From the NCBI RefSeq assembly GCF_009914755.1, contig NC_060931.1: a DNA stretch of 64,000 nucleotides. One strand, written 5' to 3'. Source of the DNA: the human T2T-CHM13v2.0 reference genome, Homo sapiens. A model generated the notes under the pieces. The model searched no databases, was not told where the DNA came from, and saw only the letters and a program-made list of their open reading frames with translations. The translations under genes were made by a program, and so were the position numbers. The first letter of the stretch is position 1, and the number at the start of each line of letters is the position of its first letter. Of the stretch, positions 37,524-50,919 are shown piece after piece.

Positions 37524-39722
37524 TATTTTGTTGAGAATGTTTGCCTCTGTGTTCATCAGGGATATTGGTCTGTAGTTTTCATTTTTTATGTCCTTTCCTG
37601 GTTTTGGTATTAGGGTAAAACTGGCTTCATAGAATGACTTAGGGAGGATTCCCTCTTTATCTTTTGGAAATTGGTACCAATTCTTCTTTGAATGTCTGGT
37701 AGAATTTAGCTGTAAATCTGTCTTTTTTGGTTGGCAATTTTTAAATTACCATTTCAATCTTGCTGCTTGTTATTGGTCTGTTCAGAGTTTCTATTTCTTT
37801 CTGGTTTAATCTAGGAGGGTTGTATATTTCTAGGAATTTAACCAACTCCTCTAGGTGTTCACAGTAGCCTTGAATGATCTTTTGCATTTCTTGGTATCAG
37901 TGATAATGTCTCCCATTTCTAATTGAGCTTATTTGGAACTTCGTTCTTTTCTTGGTTAATCTCACTAATGGCCTATCAATTTTGTTTATCTTCAAAGAAC
38001 AAGCTTTTTCATTCATTTAGTTCTGTTCTGATCTTTCTTTGTTATTTCTTCTGCTGAGTTTGGGTTTGTTCTTGTTTCTCTAATTCCTTGAGGTATGTGA
38101 CCTTAGATTGTCTGGGCATAAAGGGTATCCAAATTAGTAAAGAGGAAGTCAAACTAGCACTGTTTGCTGATGATACGACCATATATGTAGAAAACCCTAA
38201 AGACCCCTCCAAAAAGCTCCCAGAACTGATAAATGAATTTAGGAAAGTTTCCAGATACAAAATCAATGTACACAATCAGTAGCAATGCTATATACCAACA
38301 ATGACCAAGCTGAGAATCAGATCAAGAACTCAACTCCTTTTATAATAGCTGCAAAACAAATAAAATACTTAAGAATACACCTAAGCAAGGAGATGAAGGA
38401 CCTCTATAAGGAAAACTACAAAACACTGCTGAAAGAAATCACAGATGACACAAACAAGTGGAAACACATCCCATGCTCATGGATGGGTAGAATCAATATT
38501 GTGAAAGTGACCATACTTCCAAAAGCAATCTACAAATTTAATGCAATTCCCATCAAAAAACCACCATCATTCTTCACAGAACTAGAAAAAAAAGCTAAAA
38601 TTCATGTGGAACCAAAAAAGAGCCCATATAGCCAAAGAAAGACTAAGCAAAAAGAGCAAATCTGAAGGTAGCACATTACCTGACTTCAAACTATACTATA
38701 AGGCTATAGTCACCAAAACAACATGGTACTCGTAAAAAATAGGCACATAGATCAATGGAACAGAATAGAGAACCCAGAAATAAAGCCAAATACTTACAGC
38801 CAACTGATCTTTGACAAAGCAACACAAAAACAAAGTGGAGAAGGGATACTGTATTCAACAAATGGTGCTGAGTTAATTGGCAAGCCAAAGGTGGAAAAAT
38901 GAAACTGGATCCTCATCTCTCACCTTAGACCTGAAACCATAAAGATTCTAGAAGATAACATGGAAAAAACCCTTCTAGACATTGTCTTAGGCAAAGACTT
39001 CATGAACAAGAACCCAAAAACAAAGATAAATAGGTGGGACTTAAACTAAAAAGCTTCTGCATGGCAAAATAATAATAATCAGCAGAGTTAACAGACAACC
39101 CACAGAGTGGGAGACAATCTGCACAAACTATACATCTTACAAAGGACTAATACCCAGAATCTACATGAAATTCAAGTCAGCAAGAAAAAAAAAAATCCCA
39201 TCAAAAAGTGGGCTAAGGACCTGAATAGACAATTCTCAAAAGAAGATGTACAGATGGCCAATAAATATATGGAAAAACATTCAACACCACTGATTATCAG
39301 GGAAATGCAAATGAAAACCACAATGTGATATCACCTTACTCCTGCAAGAATGGACATAATCAAAAAATGATAGATGTTGGCATGGATGTGGTAAAAGGGA
39401 GCACTTTTACACTGTTGTTGAGAATGTAAACTAGTACAACCATTACGGAAAACAGTGTGGAGATTCCTTAAAGAACTATAAGTAGATCTACCATTTGATT
39501 CAGCAATCCCACTCCTGGGTATCTACCTAGAGGAAAAGAAGTCATTATTTTATTATTATGTGTATACAAGTATCTTTTAAAAGATACTTGTATACACATG
39601 TTTATAGCAGCACGATTTGCAATTGCAAAAACATGGAACCACCCCAAATGTCCATCAATCAACAAATGGATACAGAAAATGTAAATATATATGATGAAAT
39701 ACTAATCAGCCATAAAAGGAAC
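37524..39722 (+). mobile_element. L1 (L1PB/L1MA-like) with a 5' inversion: 37524-38110 antisense, 38112-39722 sense; 3' end missing
   Basis: RT motif [13 protein letters not shown] and [16 protein letters not shown] in the sense part. Upstream ORF2 sequence is inverted. Confidence 0.9.
39558..39599. repeat. Perfect 42-bp palindrome with no spacer
   Basis: atgtgtatacaagtatctttt|aaaagatacttgtatacacat. Confidence 0.97.
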
Positions 39723-40544
39723 TAATTTTAAGGTGGATCTATGTCACAGTTCAAATTCAGTGTTCAGTGACTTATTGCCTAAATGTACAATGATCTATCT
39801 AATCTCTTAAATGAGGCCAGAAGAGTGAGCTGGTAAAAAGAGGGCTAAGATCCTCCAAGAACTGAGTTCCTGTTCCAGCTCTGTCACTTACTATTTGATT
39901 ATCAATGGGCAATTTATGGAATCTGTTTTAAATCATGGGCACTGAGGGAATAAGTGTTGGGCACCAATAGCATCCACTATAGAAGTTACTCAATATCTTC
40001 CCTGAAAGCCTTTGAACATAGCTAGGCCTCTAAATAGTCTGCTTAAACTCCAGTTCTTTTGGAAAATGGCAGAGAAAATGATTATCAGATTTTAAGTCTA
40101 TCAAAATTCCATTCAGCATTGAATACATATAAAGTATAAGGTGAGTTACGAATATATCCAAAAATTTGTATTCAAAACGTAAGACAGGAAATGTTCATTT
40201 TTATAATTTACTCTTATAAATCAGTCTCAGTAAGGCAGCTGGGGTTCTCTTCCTGTCTCAAATATTGAGCCCAAAATTTTCCCAGCTTTGTGACAGTATT
40301 AGGTTCACACCAACTCTTTTGGATGCCTTCCTCTCAAAATCAAATTCAATATAGAGGGACAGAGACTGAGAAGCCTAGGATGAGCCAGAAAGTTTGTGAT
40401 TGGCACATACTTGCCTGGGGCCCAAGTCACCAGAAGTCAAAAGTTTCCTCAGGAAATAATGTGTTGTCAAATGGCCATCCTCCAGTCAACGGGGCCTGTT
40501 AAGTCAAAAACACATCAGTATTATAAAGCACCACACACACTGAC

Positions 40545-40690
40545 TCATCTAGTCTCAAGATATGCAGGATCTAAATTATTATATCCCTTTTACTGGTATG
40601 GAAACCATGATTTAAAACAGATTACATAAATTGCCCGTTGATAATCAAATAGTGACAGAGCTGGAACACAAACTCAGTTCTTGGAGGATC
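40545..40690 (-). mobile_element. MIR
   Basis: ttattatatcccttttac..ggaaac..taaattgccc..agtgacagagctgg. Confidence 0.65.
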
Positions 40691-40979
40691 TCAGCCCTCT
40701 TTTTACCAGATCACTCTTCTTTTCTTCTGGCTTCCTTTAGGAGACTAGACAGATCATTGTACAGTCAGGCAGTAAGTCATTGAACACTGAATTTGAACTC
40801 TGACATAGATCTACCTTAAAATGAAGCTAAGGCAAAATTGCAAAGTACCCACTTTTTATTAGAAAAATAATTTGATTGATTGTAATTTCTTTTGTTTTCT
40901 AAACCCGAGTGTTCACCTTTCTTTTCTCCTGTATCCCTATGGCCCTCAATCAAATAACATTGGAATAACATTTGCTAAG

Positions 40980-41516
40980 TGTTTTGTTATCTGTTGCTGC
41001 ATAACAAATTACCCCCAAACTGAGAAGCTTAAAATCATCATAATTATCTCACAGTAATTATCTCACAGTTACTCTGAGTTAAGATGCCAGGGGTAGTTTG
41101 ACTGGGTGGTTCTGACTCAGGGTAGGTATCTCTTGAGGTTGCAGTTAAGTTGTTGGCCAGGGCAACAGTCACATGGGGCTAGAGGACCCACTTTCAGGAT
41201 CACGCAAGCTGTTGTTGGCAAGCCTGTTTCTTGCTGGCCCATGTCTGTCCATCTCCATTCCTCGCCATGTGCTGCTTGAGTGTTCTCAAGACATGGCAGG
41301 TGGCTTGCCCTGAGCAAGAAATCTGAGAAAGAGAGGTCAAGGTGTCAGTAGCTAGCATTCTTTTACAACCTCATCTCAGAAGTAACATACCATCACTTTC
41401 ACCATATTATTTGATCCCACAGACCGACGCTGGTATGATATAGGAGGTGACTTCACAAGGGTGTGAATTCTAGGAGGTGGGGATCATTGGGAGTGCCTTG
41501 GAGGCTGGCTATCACA
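40980..41516 (-). mobile_element. MLT1 (F/G/H-like) solo LTR
   Basis: tg...ca termini with a perfect 5-bp TSD ctaag (40975-40979 and 41517-41521). Confidence 0.85.
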
Positions 41517-42260
41517 CTAAGAAGCATACAAATGTAGGGGCAATTTATTCCCTCTGTTGCTTCTCAGAGGCAGAACAGGGCATATGGAAAGGGGATGTTT
41601 TTTCCATGTGTATAGGTACACAATTCAATATACCTATTATGTCATCTTTATTAGACTGAGCTCAAAACAGATACTGCCATAGGATTGATAAGACATTAAG
41701 ATCCCAAGAGCTCAATCTAAAAGACCAAATATACCAAAATATATAAATCAAGAGAAGTTCAGTAAGAGCTCAAAAAAGTATAAGGGGGTTCATATAATGA
41801 TGGTAAGCTGCTGTACACTTGGGGAAGAACAAGACACAATACCTAGGAGAAGTGGCATTTCAAATGAGTATAATTTCAGAGTAAAGATCAGGGCAAAGAG
41901 AAATCAAGAGAAAGGAGATAAAAGACTCCAAGGAGCGAAACTCACCAAGAATCTTTGAATCAGAAATTCTGGTAATCATGGCTTCACAACTATGGAAGTC
42001 CAGCACAGAAAACTAGTTGCATGTAGTTTGATATAAAAGTAGCTATTTGTAAAGCCTCTGATAGGAGCATACCCAAAAACAAGGAAGAAAAAGATGTTAG
42101 ATAGACTCAGCTTCCTGCTGAGTTTCTCCAGTGGCTTCCCATTGTCTGCAATAAGTTAATGCATACTCCCTAGCATTAAGACCTTCAGTCTGGCCTGAAC
42201 CTTTGGAGCCTCATTCCTAACCAGCATCCTGCCTCCAGGCCCCCAGTGATGCCCCAGCCT

Positions 42261-43325
42261 AATCGGGGGAACCCACCCCCAATATTTCAACGTAGTTTCT
42301 TTCTGTTTTCCATAAGTGTCGGCCGGCTGAGAAATAAAGTGAAAGAGTACAAAGAGAGGAATTTTACAGCTGGGCCTCTGGGGGTGGCATCACATATGGG
42401 TAGGACTGTGAAGCCCACCTGAGCTGTAAAACCAGCAAGTTTTTATTAAGGATTTCAAAAGGGGAGGGGGTGTAAGAACAGGGAGTAGGTCACAAAGATC
42501 ACATGCTTCAAAGGGCAAAAAGGAGAACAAAGATCACATGCTTCTGAGGAAACAGGACAAGGGCAAAACCAGAAACTGATAAGAGTTCAACAAAGATCAC
42601 AAGGCAAAGGGCAAAAGCAGAATTACTGATAAGGGTCTAGGTTCAGCAGTGCACGTATTGTCTTGATAAACATCTTAAACAACAGAAAACAGGGTTTGAG
42701 AGCAGAAAACTGGTCTGACCTCAAATCAGGGTGGGGGTTTTTCCCCACCCTAATAAGCCTGAGGGTACTGCAGGAGACCAGGGCATATTTCAATCCTTAT
42801 CCCAACTGCATAAGACAGACACTCCCAGAGCCACCATTTATAGACCTTCCCCCCAGGAATGCATTCCTTCCCCAGGGTATTAATTATTAATATTCCTTGC
42901 TAGGAAAAGAATTTAGCAATATCTTCCCTACTTGCATGTCCATTTATAGGCTCTCTGCAAGATGAAAAATATGACTATTTTGCCCAACCCTGCAAGCAGT
43001 CAGACCCTACGGTTGTCTTCCCTTGTTCCCTTAAAATCGCTGTTATTTTGTTCTTTTTCAAGGTGCACCGATTTCATATTGTTCAAACACACATGTTTTA
43101 CAATCAATTTGTACAGTTAACACAAATACCATAGTGGTCCTGAGGTGACCTACATCCTCAGCTTATGAAGATAACAGGATTAAGAGATTAAAGTAAGACA
43201 GGCATCAGAAATTATAAGAGTATTATTTGGAAACTGATAAATGTCCATGAAATCTTCACAATTTAGGTACCTCTGCTGTGGCTCCAGCCGGTCCCTCCTT
43301 TTGGGGTCCCTGACTTCCCACAACA
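42261..43325 (-). mobile_element. MER11 (HERV-K11/HML-8) solo LTR inserted in an L2 remnant
   Basis: About 1065 bp, ending ggggtccctgacttcccacaaca. 6-bp TSD cagcct/cagctt. Confidence 0.9.
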
Positions 43326-44229
43326 CAGCTTCCCCATTTCCTTACCCCAGGACACACCAGGCTGGGTCCCAGCTAGAAAGGCATACTTTTTTACCCATTC
43401 TGTTTATTCTGCATGGAATAGCCTGCACATCTCTTCTTCACACCACTTCCTCCTTACCTTTCCACATTCAAAGGTCACTTGGCCTAGAAAGATTTTTCTG
43501 ACTCTCTTCTGGGCCCGTCCTCATCCCAGCTGTAACATCATCACTATAAATGCATTGACATCTGGCATGGCATATACTCTACGTAATTGATTCTAAAAGG
43601 AATATTCAAATCCTACAACTGAAGGCATGATATAGTTTGACATCTTTTTTCCCTTGGAAAGGAAAGTAAGAGGTAAGTTAATGGTGCCTTAAACTTGATG
43701 GAATTTACTCATTTGCATATTTACTCCTTCCTTAAGACTCAAAACACCTTCTGGTATGAAATCATTTATTTTATATCCCCATTGCCTGTCACATTGCCCT
43801 GTATAATAAGCTCCCCATGAATGTAGGAGGCTGATCCTTAAATAGCTAAAGGAAACATCACTTCTTTCTACCTAGTTCCAGGAAGGGTGACCCTGATTAC
43901 CCATGTCATTTCATTTAAAAAGGTCAGCATGAGGTGAATGAAAATTGTGTGACATGTTGACTTTGTTACATCATTTGACCTAAAAACTATGACCTCCTTC
44001 CTTTCATGTCATGTATCTCCAAATCTTTCTGGAATTAATCTCAAGTTTTCAACAATGGACTTAGAACTCTAAATATATACAGTTGATAAAATGCCCAATC
44101 AATGAAGTCAGGCCTGAAGTCTAAGCTTTAATATTTATTAGCATGTGACCTTTGTTGGTTAACCATCCTGAACCTTAGTTTCATCTTCTGTAAAATGAGG
44201 GTAGTACAACTCACCTGTCAGGGTAGTTG

Positions 44230-44842
44230 TGATACAGCTGCAATGACTGGAGGAGCCCCAGGGTCCTTGGTCTCACACTGATTTAGCTAAAACAACACAG
44301 ACACACATGGAGTAGTTTTAAGGAGCAGAAAGTTTAACAAGCAAGCGAGAAAGCAGCAGCTCCCCCATACAGAGACAGAGGGAGGGAGGCTCCAAGAGAG
44401 AAATCCTGTGTGCCGCAGAAAAATGGTCAGTTATATTGGAGGCTGGAGGAGGCAGTGTCTGATTTGCATAGGGCCCAGGGGATTGGTTTGACCAGGTGCA
44501 TCATTCACGTAGCCCACAGAAAAACCTGGTCCTCCCACCTTAGTCTTTTAATATGTAAATGTGGGCTGCCATGACGTCCTGAACATGTTGAGTTATCTGG
44601 AGGTGGCCATGACACTGGGCACACCTTGTGATAAGAGGAAGGTGGGAATTGCCATATTGGGTAGACCCAGTTTCTAATGGCCTGCATTTGCATATCAAAG
44701 CTTACTGGTCTGGGCCTTCAAGCTGCCTTTCTGTTTGAAACGAAATGGTTTGGGGGTTGCTTCTTCTTACAGGAAAATTACCACTGAGAACCTTTACCCT
44801 TTCTAGCTGCCTAAAAATTATTTCTTAATAACTCCTGTATTA
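44230..44842 (-). mobile_element. ERV1 solo LTR (LTR9/MER61-like) inserted in a MIR
   Basis: tgataca...tgtatta termini with 4-bp TSD gttg. MIR halves lie on both sides. Confidence 0.8.
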
Positions 44843-46714
44843 GTTGTAAAGATTAACTCTATTAACAAATATAAAACATCTAAGATGGGGCCTGGGTATA
44901 GTAAGATATTCAGTTAATTTTAGACCACTGCCTGGCACATAACAGAATGAACAACAAAAATAATGAGAAGAGTCTACAGGGTTAGGTGAGCAATGTGGGC
45001 TTAGAAATCCATTCCAACATCATATTAATTGGGCACTGAGGTAATTGCCCAAGTTAATGATGTCAAAATGCAATGGACAACAATCCTTGTGGAGGATTTA
45101 TTCTGCTTGAGTTTCTCTTTCTCTCCGTGTATGAAGTTTGAATCTAGTTTTACCTATTGTTTTCCTATTGACTACAACATTTTTACCATGAAAACATGGA
45201 ATTTATAACAATTTGACCATGTATTTTTCCTCATATTATTTTGGGGACCAGACTGTTGCTTTGCTTCCAGGCATTGTAATTTGACATGTACTCTACAACA
45301 ATCTTTAGCCCCCATTAGCTCTTAGTGAGACTATTTCCTCTAAACCTTTCCCATAGGTTTCACAACTTTCTTTTGAACGTTCTCCAAAAACTAAATCCTT
45401 ACTTTGTTTAACCATATTTCCCCTTCTCTTCTATTGTGCATTTCTCTATGTTGAGAAGTCTTTGAGAAAGCAGGGAGTCCCTCTGCCAACTGATCCTATA
45501 CTAGGATAGGCATGGGTGATGTAGGCCTTCTACAGGTCATTTAGAACTATGGGAGCAGGGCAGTAGGTAGAGCACAGAAGAAAGGAATTATGAAATGTCA
45601 GAGAATTAGGGGAAAAGAAGAGCAACAATTCTGATTTGTTGCCATGCAAAGACGGAGAGATTAAGATCGGAGGGGATGTTCCATATCAAGAGGATGAAGT
45701 GAAGGGATAAAGGTCCAGTTTACACAAAGAAGTTTAAAAGCCAGATGCAAAATCCCAAATCTTCATCATATACTGATAAGCCTTACCACACTAGTTGGAA
45801 AGGAGGTTCTAGACATCAACATGAGAAGAGGTGGAAAACCCCTTTGATCTTTCATAATGTAGAAACAGAATCCCAGAACAATAAAACAGACAACTAATCC
45901 TACTATTTTCTGATCTTTTGGCTCCTCTGAATCATTTTATAAACTTAGCTTCTCTGTGGGGGCCTAATCCTTGTCCCAATAGTCCACGTGGTTGAATGGC
46001 TGCCTGATCCAAATGCTTTGATCATACCGGAGTCTTGGAGTCTTTTCTACCCTTTTTATAGGCACAACTTTCAGAAATACTTTCTTCAAAAGCCCTGTGC
46101 TTTGATAAACAGGTTTAAGTGCTATAATCACCAGGCATTTGAATGCAGATTAATTCATAAACCCAGATAATAGATCTTGTTCTGTCATGTTGTTTTTAGA
46201 CAAAAGTTGAAAGCTTTGAAGAATGTGGAGAAACTATGAAATTTTAATAGCCTTGGGGCACAGAAACTTAACACAAAGAAAGAATCGTCATTCATTCAAA
46301 GAGTATTCATGGCCTTGGTGGAAAGATTGATGACAAATTCTGTGATTAATTACAGTTGTTGAAGAAAGTTAGAAGAAAAAAGGCACCAAGAGTTCTTGAG
46401 TTAATCAAAGACAGCAATTTGAATAAATGGTCCTAAAGTCCACAGTAATTATTTCGTCAAATGAACCACATTGTTACTTTGAATTGTAAGATTTTACCTT
46501 CATCCTGAAAAATAAAAATAAAAAATAAATGCCTTGGCTGAACATTATTGATTTGATAGGGAAAGTATCAGTTATTTTCCTACATAAAAGGGACTCATGA
46601 AATCTGAGGGTTGTGATATTTAGGTTTTCTTGCCTGAGGGAAGGTCATTTCACAGTAACCTCCAGAAAAAATGACTATATATTATGATTAGTAACTTATC
46701 CATAAAAAGGATAA

Positions 46715-47084
46715 TGATATCGTTTTGCTGTGTGTCCTCATCCAAATCTCATCTTGTATCTCCCATAATTCCCACTTGTTATGGGAGTGACCCAGTGGGA
46801 GATAATTGAATCACGGGGGCGGGTCTTTACCTTGCTGTTCTCCTGATAGTGAATAAGTCTCACGAGATCTGATGGTTTTAAAAATGGGAGTCTCCTTGCA
46901 CAAGCTCGCTCTCTCTTTGCCTGCTGCCATCCACATAAGATGTGACTTGCTCCTCCTTGCCTTCTGCCATGATCGTGAGGCCTCCCCGGCCATGTGGAAC
47001 TGTAAGTCCAAGAAATCTCTTTCTTTTGTAAATTGCCCAGTCTCAGGTATGTCTTTATCAGCAGCATGAAAACAGACTAATACA
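46715..47084 (+). mobile_element. THE1B-like solo LTR
   Basis: tgatat...gtctttatcagcagcatgaaaacagactaataca with TSD gataa/aataa. Confidence 0.93.
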
Positions 47085-47313
47085 AATAACGTAACAAGAA
47101 CAAGAATGAAATAATTGACATGAAGGACTCACCTGAACAATTACACCAAAAGAGCATCTTCTTCTTTCTCTAATCTACACAAAGCCCGTCCACAACAGGC
47201 CAATTCTATCAGAGACAAGGCTGATGGGAAGGTTCAGAAATAATTGCAGTTTTCCTCCTCACATTTCTATTGAATCTTTTGGAGAATAGAAAAATAAATT
47301 ATTTATTACAAGG

Positions 47314-47610
47314 CAGGGGTTCTCAAGCCCTAGACCAGTACCTGTCCGTGGCCTGTTAGGAGCAGGGTCACATAGCAGAAGGTAAGTGGCAGGCAAGCCA
47401 GCATTACTGCCCAAGCTCCGCCTATTGTCAGATCAGTGGCAGCATTAGATTCTCATAAAAGCATGAACCCTATTGTGATCTCTGCATTCAAGTTATCTAG
47501 GTTGCGCACTCCTTATGAGAATCTAATGCCATCCCCCATCCACCCTGGTCCTTGGAAAAATTATCTGCCATGAAACCGGTCCCTGGTGCCAAAAATGTTG
47601 GGAACCGCTG
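47314..47610. mobile_element. MER1B hAT element
   Basis: caggggt..gtccgtggcctgttagg..gcattagattctcata..aaaatgttgggaaccgctg. Confidence 0.88.
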
Positions 47611-48345
47611 TTGTAGTAAGTTTTCAATAGGTAACTTGCATTCAACAGCTTGTGGTTATAGCTTCCTGTTTGGCAGAGGAAAAGGATATCTCTATATATA
47701 GATATACATATCACAGATCTTAGAACTTTAAATATCAACTGTATTAGAACTTGACTACTGAGCTTGAGCTTGCCACCATTCTTAAAATCATCAGCTCTAC
47801 TGCCATGCTGTTTTTTACATTTATATATTATAACTTCATCTTTAATAAAATATATATATTAGCTATTTTTCAATGTGGATTTTATGTGGTAAGTGTTCAG
47901 ATCTAAGAATGTTATCTGTTTCCCAAGTAGCTTGTTTTTCCTGAGTGAAAATTTATGAACCCTACTTATGTTAATTAAAATTATATTTTAACCTTACTAG
48001 ATCTGTGCTATGACTAGAAAATAGTTGTTAACATAAAATTTCTCCCAAAGTAAATGGATAGTTTAAAAAAAAATCCAGTAAAGTACTAAGTCATGAAAAC
48101 TATATTTTCTTGACACTTTTTTCTAAGATGCATAACATGCTTTAATCTTTTATAAAATATAAACATTCTTTCATAATATATGAAGGAATTAAAACAGTGC
48201 ATTTTATGCACTTGAAACCAAAAGTTCCCAATCTTCCTGCTCGTTAAAGAATGGAAATTAGACTGCTAGTTTTTCTTACTTTTTTAGCAACGTAACTAAA
48301 CATGATTTGGATATTAAGTCTCATTTTGGATAATCAAAATACATA

Positions 48346-48348
<3 letters not shown>

Positions 48349-48390
<42 letters not shown>
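48349..48390. repeat. (GT)n microsatellite
   Basis: About 21 uninterrupted GT units. Confidence 0.97.
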
Positions 48391-48399
<9 letters not shown>

Positions 48400-49891
48400 A
48401 AATAAAACTTACAAAATATGTATGTGTGTATGTATATATTAAGCTTGTGAAGTCCTAAAAGCCTGGCAGAGTGGGAGAGACATGTAGCTCCAGTACCAGT
48501 AAAACAAACCACATGGCTAATTAAATGTGTTCTATTGATCTCTCCACTAACCGCTGAAAAATACATACAGATTTTCAGTTAATCAGCTAATAGTTTGGCA
48601 TTCTGCGTGCTATATCTTTCTCACCTATTGTTGTGATTAACTCTATGATTTTAAGCTTTTATTTGTAGATTTGCACTTTACAGACTTCTAAGTCCTTGAA
48701 GCAAGCAAATAAAAAAATGTAGCTCAATGAGAACACTGCAAGTTATTGAGAACACTGCAAGTCATAAAAGTGGTCCAAGGAGTTTCACTATTTTTTCCTT
48801 GCAATGTCAGAACAGGATGAAAAGCAAATTTGAGGCTATGTTTCTTTCCCTGGAAGAACTATATATATAGTTGACAGGGACCCCCTCTCTTTTCACCCTT
48901 GCTGACTTACCACACTGTCCAACCAAGACTTGCTCTCTTTCCCAATCACTTCTTCACGAACCTCTCCCTGAAAAAGTAGAGGTGAAATGTAGGTATTAAA
49001 ATTTTCCCACCATTTCAGAAATCACAACTCTTCCTAAGAGAAGGAAGGAAACATGAAAAATGGACAAAAGGCTGATCTAGATGTGCTTAATTTAGCAGTC
49101 ATAGAATGGGAACTCCGTATTTGTATATTTTATATAGTTATGAATATTACATAGTATAGGATGAAAATTCAATAAATAAATGTATTTATTAAATAATTAT
49201 TTATTTATCAAATAAATATATTAGCCAGTTCACTTATTATCAACTAAATATTGAACCATGGTGAATTGATTTAGGACAAATACAGAAATAAAATAAGGAT
49301 ATTTAAGCCAAACTTCATTCAACTCTGTTGTTTAGTACAGAAATATCATGATTTGATGAAACAAGTTGTTTTCAAATATAGTTTTACATGATGTGAAAGG
49401 TATATCAATAAAATATAAACTCTGGGTTTATTATTTTTGACTTATGAATGCTAACTAATAATTTATCTTTTTACTTAAGTAATAATAATTTTGTTAAAAG
49501 GCCTGGTTTGGCTGTAGGCAAAGAATTGATTACTCGGAGCAAAAAAAAAAAGTGATGTGTTGGCTCTCATCACTTTCCTATAACTCATGAATAATCACAT
49601 TTTCCAGAAGATTACTGCCCTTAGTGATTTGGGCTCTTCCTTTTCAAATCTATTGTTATATGTATTATTTTTCTTTTAATTAAAAGAAGGCAATCAAGAC
49701 TGTTTAACTCAGTTTAAGAAAAAAAAAAAAACTCTTGCCAAGTTTCTTGAACCCCATTGTATACATGCAAGCTTAAGTTAGAACAAAGACATGACATTAT
49801 TGTATGGAGTCTAGTAAATGCTTCTATTGTGTCTTCAATTCTCTTCCTAAATGACATTCTCATTTACTTATATTTGTCTGTGTCTTCACAG

Positions 49892-50915
49892 GTTGCTTAC
49901 ACTGAAAATCAGTTTATTTTCCCCTGGTGCAAAGAACAGTCGTTTCTCCAAAACTGAAGCTGGAAATTATCTGAAATATCAGGTCCTCCGGAAAAGGGAC
50001 GCGAAGCCCCCTTTGTAATTTCTGCATTAGCGTGCTCTCCTGGCAAGCAGGAAACCTCATCAGAGAAGTCAGCCAAGGAAAGTCTTTAAATGGAAATTGT
50101 GCAAACGAGGAGCAAATGCATTAAAAAGTTGCTGACGGGCATGAAATGCTTTGATGTGAAGACGGAAAACTCCAAGCAGGAAGGATTTTAACATTTTGAA
50201 TCTGATTGACTCTGTGGTTTCTCAGCACAGTTATTCCATGGGCTAAAATAAATGCAGAAATGGTACTTTCAGACCACAGCTGCAGAGGGGATCGTGGTGA
50301 ATTTCAATGAAAATCCATTTGAATCTTGAGGTTCAGATCTTAAAAAAGCAAAGGACATGAGAGAAGTAATATTGTTGCTTGAAATTTCATTGCTTATATC
50401 TAAAAGAAACTCCTATTTTTAAGAGAAATGTTGAATCTTTGCAACGTGGTAGACGCTCCCACAAAACTTTCTCCTGAAATAGGAGATAAATGTTGGAAAG
50501 AGGCAATGTATTGAGTATGCTGATAGAGGTGGAGTTCAGAGACAGGCAAGCATACATAAGAGTCAGGATGTTTTTCAGTATTATCTTTACAAATGAGTTT
50601 CTTACAGTGGTCAATGACAAACCAATTTCATTCAAAGCTTGCTTCAATAGGCAATGGTTTGATGCCAATATGTTAGCTATTTACTTTGACCACCGTATGC
50701 ATTAAAAAGAAGAAAAATTAAGAATACTCAAGCAGAACCTCCAACTTAGATAGCACTTTCCACAAAAAGTAATGGAGGGATAGACTGAAGTTAAATGGGA
50801 TCAGGTATGTGATGAGATCTCAGAAGTGTTTGCACAATAATGCAGATACTCATTTTAAACAGAGTCATAAGGATTGGAACTAATAAAAATAATAGAATAA
50901 AATACCGATCAAGAA
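49892..50915 (+). ncRNA. Candidate ~1-kb terminal exon of a + strand lncRNA
   Basis: Acceptor tttgtctgtgtcttcacag|. Repeat-free and retains CpGs. Two AATAAA signals (50882 and 50896) are followed by a GT-rich tract. Confidence 0.5.
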
Positions 50916-50919
50916 TGTG

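Noticed and set aside
46981-46993. PRDM9 hotspot motif in THE1B
   Set aside because: The sequence is cctccccggccat, which lacks the T7 and C13 of the active CCTCCCTNNCCAC form.
48728-48762. Repeated tgagaacactgcaagt as an array or CRISPR-like unit
   Set aside because: Two-copy tandem micro-duplication in eukaryotic DNA with no spacers.
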